Below, one piece after another: positions 17,365 to 24,266 of a stretch of 24,266 bases of DNA. Each line of letters begins with the position of its first letter. The stretch's first letter is position 1. The notes below the pieces were generated by a model. That model ran no database searches. It saw only the letters and a list, made by a program, of their open reading frames with translations, and was not told the origin of the DNA. The DNA is taken from IMG/VR virus record IMGVR_UViG_3300032216_001963, positions 1 to 24,266 of that record; one strand, 5' to 3'. Position numbers and translations under genes: made by a program. Source of the stretch: a virus (lineage: Duplodnaviria > Caudoviricetes).

Positions 17365-17907
17365 ATGACTGTTTATTTCAAAAAAATTGATTCTAGTATT
17401 TTGCCACTTCCGCCACTGGATCCTGATAGTATCAAAGGTGAAATGAAATTTCATTACGGCCATCCTCGCTATTTTGAAATAATTGATCAAGCCTATTTAG
17501 AATCGTTAACAAGAGTATTTAAAATACCACCTGTACACTACTTCTTAGTTGAAGGTCATGGTCATTTGCTGCCTCACTATGATAATGGACAAGATAGTTG
17601 TCTTAATTTTTATATTCGCCCAGGCGGTTATACTACTAGTTTTTGGAAACCAAAAGAAAATGCTAAAAAACGAGTGAGCAGCAGATATGATGCAGCAACT
17701 GATACCACTCGGGAAGTTGCCATTGGATACCACTACGAAGATTTAATATTAATAGATCAATTCCAGGCACAAGATGGAGAAGCATATTTTTTAAATATAG
17801 CAGAAATTCATTCAGTGGAGGGCGCCGCCCCAGAAAAGCCCAGGGCATTTATACAATTACAATGGGACATGACCATGGACGAATTGTTAACAGCACTAGA
17901 TTTTTAA
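17365..17907 (+). CDS. Putative Fe(II)/2OG-type (DSBH) oxygenase
   Basis: LLPHYD, CLNFYI, AYFLNIAEIHSV and PRAFIQL give HxD...H...R. Confidence 0.6.
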   Translation: MTVYFKKIDSSILPLPPLDPDSIKGEMKFHYGHPRYFEIIDQAYLESLTRVFKIPPVHYFLVEGHGHLLPHYDNGQDSCLNFYIRPGGYTTSFWKPKENAKKRVSSRYDAATDTTREVAIGYHYEDLILIDQFQAQDGEAYFLNIAEIHSVEGAAPEKPRAFIQLQWDMTMDELLTALDF

Positions 17908-17910
17908 ACA

Positions 17911-18696
17911 ATGAAAATTCACAAGTTAACTCCCGCCATTGGCGCCGAAATCTCCGGCGTTGATTTGTCACAGCCGCTGACACCCACAACTGTGTTGGAT
18001 TTAAAAAATGCATTAATTGATAATCGCATGATATTTTTCAGAGATCAAAAAATAGAGCCCGAGTACCTACCCAAAGTTATTACTCAATTTGGTGAAATGT
18101 ATATACACCCATGGGAAAAAAAATACAACAACAATCCCGAAATTGGATATGTGTTTTCGGGAGAACACACGACGTTTACTGATGTTGATGGAAAATTCAT
18201 GCACTCCGATAGAACAGCAGCGGCAGAACCTCCCAGGACCTCCATGTTGTACATTACTGAATGCCCGCCTGTTGGTGGTGACACAATATTTGTCAACACC
18301 TCTAAGGTCTATAATCAGATGGATGATGGTCAAAAATCATTTCTTTCTTCATTATCGTCGTTGCATGTTGCTCCTGGCAAAAATAGAGACTCAGGTGATT
18401 ACACTGTGGGAGCAACCCATCCAGTCATCGCCACACGGCCCGAAACACAAGAAAAATATTTAAATGTCAATGAGATGGCTTCAGTCAGCATAACACGTTT
18501 GAAATCAATGGAAAGTAATAGTTTGTTATCAAGACTTTTCCACACACTGCGTCATCCTCAATATTCTTGTAGACTGCGTTGGAGTCCCAATACTGTAGCT
18601 TGGTGGGATAATTTTGGTTCACAACATCAGGCCATATGGGACTACTATCCTGCCCGTCGAGTTGGTTACAGGGTTCTTTCTAAAAATCTTTATTGA
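17911..18696 (+). CDS. TauD/TfdA-family Fe(II)/2OG dioxygenase
   Basis: LTPAIGAEISGVDL, IFFRDQ, HSD, PPVGGDTIF, HPVI..RPET, WDN...QH.A and R..YRV. Confidence 0.92.
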   Translation: MKIHKLTPAIGAEISGVDLSQPLTPTTVLDLKNALIDNRMIFFRDQKIEPEYLPKVITQFGEMYIHPWEKKYNNNPEIGYVFSGEHTTFTDVDGKFMHSDRTAAAEPPRTSMLYITECPPVGGDTIFVNTSKVYNQMDDGQKSFLSSLSSLHVAPGKNRDSGDYTVGATHPVIATRPETQEKYLNVNEMASVSITRLKSMESNSLLSRLFHTLRHPQYSCRLRWSPNTVAWWDNFGSQHQAIWDYYPARRVGYRVLSKNLY

Positions 18697-19352
18697 ATGG
18701 CGTAGGCATTACCTATCTCTAAAGATTTAATGCTGACCCAAGGTGGTTGTGTTATAATCCATTGAATGGTTTCTGCTAGATATTCTGCGCTCATGGGCGT
18801 GTAAGATTTAAAATTATAATTTTCATAAACATCTTTTGACGGGCTAGCTGGTCCCCCAGAAGAAATCATGTTGGTGTCTACCACTTGCGGTTCTAGGCTA
18901 GTTATCATAACAGGCTTTTCCCGGTAATTTGATAGATTATTGCTTAAATTCTTTATAAACAACTTAGACGCCTTGTAACATAATTCACCAATGCCAGATT
19001 TTGGTCCACCCGATATATTAGCTGCCCAGCTGGATATGTTAATTATGTATCCTGATGACATTTTTTTATAAAAACTCACCAATAAAAATCCTGCCGATGC
19101 TACGTTGGTATTTAATAATTCGTTTACAGGCACACTGCCGTTGACTCCTGCATTGTTAATGAACACTTGGGGAGTATACTTATTAACTAGCATGCTTCTG
19201 AATTCGGGATTGTTTATGTCTCCAACCTCAGTTACAAATTCTCCAGGAGTTCTAGACACTCCTATAATTTCATATGAATCTTTAAAATGTTTTGCGCAGG
19301 CCAGACCTATGCCGCGGCTGGTGCCAGTTATTAACATTATTGGTTTAGACAT
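18690..19352 (-). CDS. Short-chain dehydrogenase/reductase (SDR)
   Basis: ITGTSRGIG, INNAG, INISS, catalytic YKASK, and P..VDT. Confidence 0.9.
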   Translation of the reverse strand: MSKPIMLITGTSRGIGLACAKHFKDSYEIIGVSRTPGEFVTEVGDINNPEFRSMLVNKYTPQVFINNAGVNGSVPVNELLNTNVASAGFLLVSFYKKMSSGYIINISSWAANISGGPKSGIGELCYKASKLFIKNLSNNLSNYREKPVMITSLEPQVVDTNMISSGGPASPSKDVYENYNFKSYTPMSAEYLAETIQWIITQPPWVSIKSLEIGNAYAIQ

Positions 19353-20010
19353 TTTTTGTTTTCTCTAGTATTTCTTCCCAGGGATGATGTATTCGTGCGC
19401 TGACGATCAATCTTCTCTCGCCGTCTCGTTCTATGCAATGCGCAACTTCGCTTCTTACAAAATCACCAGACTGTCCTTTTTTAGAAAGTTTATCTGTCGA
19501 ATAGTCTGCAGGGCCTATTAAGTCGAATTTTTCTTTGGCAGTATTGCCAATTACTTGCCACCTTTTAATGGTATCGGTCTCAATATATTCAATCATGTCA
19601 TGATCCATGCCTATGTTCCACCAATGCATTTTAGAATTTTCGTTGCCATACACTAATACATTAAACCTGCCAGGTAGAGGTTTATCCCATGGGGTATTGG
19701 CACGATTGAATCCAGGAGAATCAATGTGTGGATTTTCTATAGAAATTGTTTTAGATTCAATTTTATAAACAAACATCTGAATATAGGTATCAGGTAATCC
19801 TAGTCTGCTTAAAAAATTTGTCAATTGCACAGCCGGCGGCGACGTTTGAAATGCTACGGTGTCACTGTGAATGGGATCTTTAAAAATTGGACCCCCTGCC
19901 TCAGGATAAGTCCTATCAAAATTATCAATGATGGCAGGGCAATGTGTATCAAGCCAGGCCATTGATTCCTCATTGAATTTAAAATCTACATTAACATGCG
20001 GTTGTATCAT
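19345..20010 (-). CDS. Putative Fe(II)/2OG-type oxygenase (paralog A)
   Basis: NPHIDSPG, RFNVLV, FVRSEVAHCI, RRLIVSAR give HxD...H...RxxxS. Confidence 0.6.
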   Translation of the reverse strand: MIQPHVNVDFKFNEESMAWLDTHCPAIIDNFDRTYPEAGGPIFKDPIHSDTVAFQTSPPAVQLTNFLSRLGLPDTYIQMFVYKIESKTISIENPHIDSPGFNRANTPWDKPLPGRFNVLVYGNENSKMHWWNIGMDHDMIEYIETDTIKRWQVIGNTAKEKFDLIGPADYSTDKLSKKGQSGDFVRSEVAHCIERDGERRLIVSARIHHPWEEILEKTKNV

Positions 20011-20648
20011 TGTTTTGTTTTCTCTAGTATTTCTTCCCAGGGGTGGTGTATTCGTGCGCTGACGATCAACCGTCTTTCTCCATCACGTTCTATAGAATGA
20101 ACAATGTCAGTCCTTACAAAATCGCCAGTCTGGTCAAATTTAGACAAGTTATCAGCCGAGTAATCTGGTGGTCCTATTAGATCAAATTTTTCCTTCATAG
20201 TATCGCCAATCACTTGCCACCTCTTGCCAAAATTTGGAACATCTACGAATTGAATTGCAGGATGGTGTACATCCCGATCCCACCAATGCATTTTAGAATT
20301 TTCGTTGCCATAAACAAGTACATTAAATCTGCCAGGCAACGGCTGCATGCCCGGAGTATCGATATGTGGGTTTTCTATAGAAATAGTCTTAGATTGCACC
20401 TTATATACAAACATGTGAACATAGGTGTTAGTTAGTCCTAAATCGTTTAAGAATTTTTTTACTTGTACAGCTGGTGGTGATAATTGAAAAGCAACAGCAT
20501 CATCGTGCCCGGGACTGTTAAAAATTGGTCCACCGGATTCTGGAAACTTCTCGTCAAAATTTTTGATGATCGAAGCGCAATGAATATCAAACCATAATTT
20601 TGAGTCCTCATTGAATTTAAATTTCACGCTGGTGTGGGGTGGTATCAT
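20007..20648 (-). CDS. Putative Fe(II)/2OG-type oxygenase (paralog B)
   Basis: NPHIDTPG, RFNVLV, FVRTDIVHSI, RRLIVSAR. Clear tandem paralog of 19345-20010. Confidence 0.6.
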   Translation of the reverse strand: MIPPHTSVKFKFNEDSKLWFDIHCASIIKNFDEKFPESGGPIFNSPGHDDAVAFQLSPPAVQVKKFLNDLGLTNTYVHMFVYKVQSKTISIENPHIDTPGMQPLPGRFNVLVYGNENSKMHWWDRDVHHPAIQFVDVPNFGKRWQVIGDTMKEKFDLIGPPDYSADNLSKFDQTGDFVRTDIVHSIERDGERRLIVSARIHHPWEEILEKTKQ

Positions 20649-20654
20649 TGTTAA

Positions 20655-20662
20655 TATTTATC
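20655..20662 (-). promoter_or_regulatory. T4-late-like promoter GATAAATA (minus strand)
   Basis: tatttatc on the plus strand, 6 nt upstream of the 20648 ATG. Confidence 0.6.
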
Positions 20663-20706
20663 AGGTTATGGATACATGTTAAATTGCAATCTGGCGGTAA
20701 ACACAG

Positions 20707-20714
20707 TATAAATA
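20707..20714 (+). promoter_or_regulatory. T4 late promoter consensus TATAAATA
   Basis: Exact TATAAATA in the divergent intergenic region before 20737. Confidence 0.65.
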
Positions 20715-20736
20715 TTAGTACTCGTTTTAATAGATT

Positions 20737-21336
20737 ATGCCAACATATCCCAAAAATCGTCAGTGGTCAGTACTAGAGGGATACTCTCCAACAGAAAACC
20801 GTACTAGGCTAATGCAAAACCTTACAGGGTTTGAAGATAGTTACACTGAGCTGATTCACAATCATCATGAATTCGATCTCCACTGCGGCGCACAAACTCC
20901 TCTTGCACCGCGGGCGCTGGCTTATTTACAGACTGGACCCCTAAGAGAGTGTGTGACTCTTTACCTAGTCGATAACAGTCAAAACGAGAAATTAGTTGAT
21001 GCGACCCAGTTTTCTAAAACATTTGCACTTTTGCATGATCTCAAGAGCCACGTAGAGGCAGGCAATACTAGAAGGCTTACAAAAGCATACGTGACAAAAT
21101 TAGGTGCCGGCAAACAGATATATCCACACAGTGATACTGCGGCTCCATATTTTAACAATATCGAACGCTATCAATTCTATTATACAGGTACTAGTGAAGT
21201 CTCACAGATAATAGATAATACTCTGTTTCCTGTTAAACCCGGCGATCTATATTATTTTGATCATAGGCAAATACACTCGTATCACAATAATAGTTCTATA
21301 GACTTGATATTGATGGTATTTGATTTAGCTATATAG
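20737..21336 (+). CDS. Aspartyl/asparaginyl beta-hydroxylase-like Fe(II)/2OG oxygenase
   Basis: AYVTKLGAGKQIYPHSD, RYQ, GDLYYFDHRQIHSYHNNS, LILMVFD. Confidence 0.7.
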   Translation: MPTYPKNRQWSVLEGYSPTENRTRLMQNLTGFEDSYTELIHNHHEFDLHCGAQTPLAPRALAYLQTGPLRECVTLYLVDNSQNEKLVDATQFSKTFALLHDLKSHVEAGNTRRLTKAYVTKLGAGKQIYPHSDTAAPYFNNIERYQFYYTGTSEVSQIIDNTLFPVKPGDLYYFDHRQIHSYHNNSSIDLILMVFDLAI

Positions 21337-21338
21337 AC

Positions 21339-21965
21339 ATGTTTGATGCAGATTTGTTATTTAAAAAAATAGCTGACAGTGTGCCGGCATTGTTTGATAT
21401 TGAAGAACTGGAAAAAACTTTTATAGAAGACCAGTTCAATCCAATTGAAGAACCGATAATACATCCGTCAGGAAAACCACATTGGCAGTATTATATAAAA
21501 ACACAGCTCTATGTGGCAAGAAACATGTCTAACACATTTCCAAGTGAGATGAATAAGATTTGTGAACAACTAAAATGTATTCAGAACCAGTGCAAGGCTG
21601 ACGATTTTCTTAATAAGAATTCGCTAGTGAAAGAATTCTGTTCGAGCCCGATCACAGCAGAAAATATAAGTTTTATAAAAATACCACCAAAAAATAAAAA
21701 TGCTACAGGGCACACGATACAGCCCCACTGTGATATCGGACGCAAGCTGGCTCTCAATATAGGTTTAAAAAATTCCAACTCTTGCACTACTCATATAATC
21801 GATTCTACGACTGCTACTGATTTTTCAAACCATGAGCAGTATTCATATAACATGAATGATGGGGAGGCATGGTTGCTTAAAGTGTCAAATGCACATGCAG
21901 TAACATCTCACAGTGATACTGTTTCTAGATATATACTAACTTATACAGTAGCAAATATAAAATAA
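21339..21965 (+). CDS. Putative Fe(II)/2OG-type (DSBH) oxygenase
   Basis: IQPHCD.GRKLALNI, GEAWLLKVSNAHAV and RYILT. Same motif layout as 17365-17907. Confidence 0.6.
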   Translation: MFDADLLFKKIADSVPALFDIEELEKTFIEDQFNPIEEPIIHPSGKPHWQYYIKTQLYVARNMSNTFPSEMNKICEQLKCIQNQCKADDFLNKNSLVKEFCSSPITAENISFIKIPPKNKNATGHTIQPHCDIGRKLALNIGLKNSNSCTTHIIDSTTATDFSNHEQYSYNMNDGEAWLLKVSNAHAVTSHSDTVSRYILTYTVANIK

Positions 21966-21976
21966 AAGGATTAGCC

Positions 21977-22654
21977 ATGATTAATCACAAATCAATTAGA
22001 CTAGCAGACGCACAAACGATTTTAGCAGAAATAGAAAACGACACCAATCCAAATTGGTTCCGTCCCAAAGGGAAACCTGGTAGTCATGGTGTTGTCCCTG
22101 GAGATTTTGACTTGGGTGCAATGAAATTTATTAATCGAAATTTAAATTATTTTTATTTTATAAACATGATATCACACGCACTTAAAAATGATTTTGAATA
22201 CAACCCCAGTTTCCCTAGAGCGTTGGATTTTTGTAACAAAATGCGCAGCGTCCTTGACGAGCCAGGACCGTTTGGTAGGATGTGTGTGTGGAATTTAGAT
22301 GCATACTGTAAATTATTGCCGCACGTGGATGCATGGGAATATCACAAACAAATTAAGAGATATATACTATGTGTTAGTACACATGCCGGAGATGAAGTTT
22401 TGGTGCGCATTGCCGGCGAAAAAGTTGATATTGAACAGGGATTATTATTTAATTTTGATCCTTCGACGGATGTACACGAGTTTGTAAATTATACCAATCG
22501 TCCATTTTATTTTATTGGGTTTGACTACTGGAACGTTGAAAAACTGGCCCAGTCAAGCGCAAAATATAATATCACTAGTGATACAGTAATACCATACAGC
22601 GAAGGCTACTACGGTGGGCATGGGTATACTACTGAGTTTATGAGCCCCGAATAA
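21977..22654 (+). CDS. Aspartyl/asparaginyl beta-hydroxylase-like Fe(II)/2OG oxygenase
   Basis: GRMCVWNL...LLPHVD..EYH..IKRY, GLLFNFD...HEFVN, FIGFD. AAGGA RBS. Confidence 0.65.
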   Translation: MINHKSIRLADAQTILAEIENDTNPNWFRPKGKPGSHGVVPGDFDLGAMKFINRNLNYFYFINMISHALKNDFEYNPSFPRALDFCNKMRSVLDEPGPFGRMCVWNLDAYCKLLPHVDAWEYHKQIKRYILCVSTHAGDEVLVRIAGEKVDIEQGLLFNFDPSTDVHEFVNYTNRPFYFIGFDYWNVEKLAQSSAKYNITSDTVIPYSEGYYGGHGYTTEFMSPE

Positions 22655-22669
22655 CAAAGAAAGAAAATT

Positions 22670-24010
22670 ATGTTTTGTAAAACAGTTTGGAATGGACTAC
22701 ACATCTTGCCTGATGGATACATCAGGCTCTGCTCAATTGGACAAAATACTGATCCAAAATTAGACATGCAACGTTGCCGCGATCGCGACGGTAATGTCAT
22801 GCATATACTGACGCACAGTATACAGGATATCATGAATAGCGACAAGCACAGGGAAGTCAGACGCCTGAATGTTGCTGATCCCACAGCTTGGAGCCCACAT
22901 TGCGACTGCTGCGAAAACAGAGAAATCGTTACTGGATTTGACAGGAGTCATAAAAATAAAAGTCGCAGAGTTTACCTCATGAGGATTGAAGATGATGTGG
23001 CTGCAACTGAAGAAAATCATCTCAGCAACGGCATGTCCGAAGATGGCAGCATTGACTGGATGCCCAGTTCATTGGATATCAGATTTGGCAATCTGTGCAA
23101 TCAGAAATGAATTATGTGTAGTCCTGTATACAGCAATCTGTGGTATGAGGAATATTCCAATTACTATGGCGATTTAAAATTTGGGCAAGGGAATAAAATT
23201 GTTGTAAAGAAAGACGAGCTAACTAAAAAATGGATTGAACCTATGGAATTGCAGTGGTATGATGATCCTAGATGGTGGCCCAAATTTGAATCAATGATGC
23301 CGTACCTAAAGCACATTTACATTACCGGCGGTGAGCCCATGGTTACTCCTGCTCATGATGTCATGCTGGATAAATTAATTGAATCGGGTTATGCAAAGAA
23401 TATCCTGTTAGAGTATGATACTAATTGCAGTGCAGTCAATGATAAAATAGCCCAACGTTGGTTCCACTTTAAGAAAGTAGAAATACGTGGTAGCATGGAT
23501 TCAATTGAGCAGGAATACGAAATCATTAGATTCCCGGGCAATTGGGACAAATTCCAAAAAAATGTTAAAAAATTAAAACAGTATGAAATTGATTCAAACC
23601 GACAAATCGAGCTGCTGGCATTGAGTACTTGTTTTCAGATGTCAACTATGTGGACTATCATGGAAGCTGAAGAGTGGTGCAAATCTGTTGGAATTCCATT
23701 CCATATGCGTTTCCTTGAAGGGCCAAAGATGCATTCAGTCACTTCCCTATCAGACGATGAAAAAATGGCATTAATAAATCACTACGAGAAATACACCGAT
23801 ACCAGTGAAAAAGCCGTCATGATAGTTAGACACTTAAAAAATCACATGGGACCTAAATTTGGCGACCCCAATGAAGTGAAAAAATTTATTAAATTTATGG
23901 ATTATCTAGATACAACTAGATCCACTAGCTGGAAAACAGTATTCCCTAAAGTTTACGAATTAATCAAGCATTACCAAGTAGACGTCCCAGCTACTGTGCA
24001 GACTATCTAA
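22670..24010 (+). CDS. Radical SAM protein with N-terminal SPASM/twitch-like Cys domain, in-frame TGA at codon 147 (candidate selenocysteine)
   Basis: ORFs 22670-23110 and 23114-24010 are in the same frame, separated only by TGA+ATT. Joined they read LDIRFGNLC-NQK-*-IM-CSP (CxxxCxxC), then YITGGEP, YDTN and SMDS. N-terminal C...W..LHILPDGYIRLC...CDCC. 446 aa if read through. Confidence 0.85.
23122..23151 (+). promoter_or_regulatory. Stem-loop downstream of the in-frame UGA, candidate bacterial SECIS
   Basis: UCCUGUAUACAG-CAAU-CUGUG(G)UAU(G)AGGA: 12 pairs by hand (2 G-U, 2 bulged G), starting after an 11-nt spacer from the UGA at 23108-23110. Confidence 0.45.
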
Positions 24011-24020
24011 AATACAAACT

Positions 24021-24028
24021 GATAAATA
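24021..24028 (+). promoter_or_regulatory. T4-late-like promoter GATAAATA
   Basis: Intergenic, upstream of the AAGGAG RBS (24037-24042) and ATG 24049. Confidence 0.6.
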
Positions 24029-24048
24029 ATTACATTAAGGAGATACGC

Positions 24049-24266
24049 ATGTACATCATAACAAAGACAACTACTAAGCCAGCAGAAGCACAATGGTTCA
24101 GCCAAGCTAATCCAGCAGTATACGCTCAATTACGTGCATGGGAACAAGCACAGCCAGGTTTTTGCCATATCATTGCAACTAGCAAAACTGATACGGAAGC
24201 CGTTCAAGAGTTTGAGTTTAAGACTGAAGCTGACTATCAGGCATATTTGGTTGCTCTAGAAACCAA
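24049..24266 (+). CDS. Small protein, possible ABM-like dimeric alpha-beta barrel (3' truncated, not in ORF track)
   Basis: Strong RBS, open to the window end: MYIITKTTTKPAEAQWFSQANPAVYAQLRAWEQAQPGFCHIIATSKTDTEAVQEFEFKTEADYQAYLVALET. QPGF and F.TEADYQAY recall the ABM pattern. Confidence 0.6.
   Translation, partial: MYIITKTTTKPAEAQWFSQANPAVYAQLRAWEQAQPGFCHIIATSKTDTEAVQEFEFKTEADYQAYLVALET

Noticed and set aside
17911-18696. Assigning gene symbol tauD (taurine utilisation)
   Set aside because: The family is clear but the substrate is not. There are no tauABC genes and the context suggests tailoring chemistry.
402-23177. Numerous antisense and alternate-frame ORFs in the track (e.g. 7123-7680 minus, 9797-10216 minus, 18089-18463 plus, 22986-23177 plus)
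   Set aside because: They overlap well-supported genes, lack RBSs or recognisable motifs, and read as shadow ORFs.
22670-24010. Two independent genes (146 aa and 298 aa) as in the ORF track
   Set aside because: The split falls inside the CxxxCxxC motif, the frames are identical and the second ATG has no RBS. Neither half would be a functional radical SAM enzyme.
1-24266. Genome-wide UGA reassignment (genetic code 4 or 25) as the explanation for the radical SAM TGA
   Set aside because: TGA is a normal stop for many genes here (ends at 2464, 10213, 10864, 12439, 14179, 14848, 18696), often in ATGA couplings. Other genes are not fragmented, and Trp or Gly could not replace a cluster-ligating Cys.
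14303-24266. Host chromosomal contamination or a prophage boundary
   Set aside because: The same ATAAATA promoter motif used by phage genes occurs within the cluster, and no housekeeping genes appear. Read-level confirmation is still needed.

Overview
Fragment of a large T4-like (myovirus-type) dsDNA phage genome with three parts. (1) 1-9329: putative head/internal proteins, an HNH endonuclease, a gp17-like terminase large subunit and a gp32 SSB-UvsX-UvsY recombination module. (2) 9330-14290: small early-type genes behind consensus sigma70 promoters (ArfA-like peptide, P-loop kinase, HAD nucleotidase), a PD-(D/E)xK nuclease-like protein and a tRNA with a CAU anticodon. (3) 14303 to the window end: a visibly more AT-rich, ~10 kb enzyme cluster resembling a secondary-metabolite or modification pathway. 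It encodes two GNAT-like proteins, an acyl carrier protein, a PP-loop ATPase, a membrane fatty-acid desaturase, seven HxD...H Fe(II)/2OG-type oxygenases (one TauD-like), an SDR, a radical SAM enzyme and a partial ABM-like ORF. The most striking detail is that the radical SAM gene (22670-24010) has an in-frame TGA exactly at the second Cys of CxxxCxxC (CNQK*IMC), followed 11 nt later by a stem-loop. This makes it a candidate phage-encoded selenoprotein with a bacterial SECIS. All family calls come from reading motifs by eye; no database searches were run.
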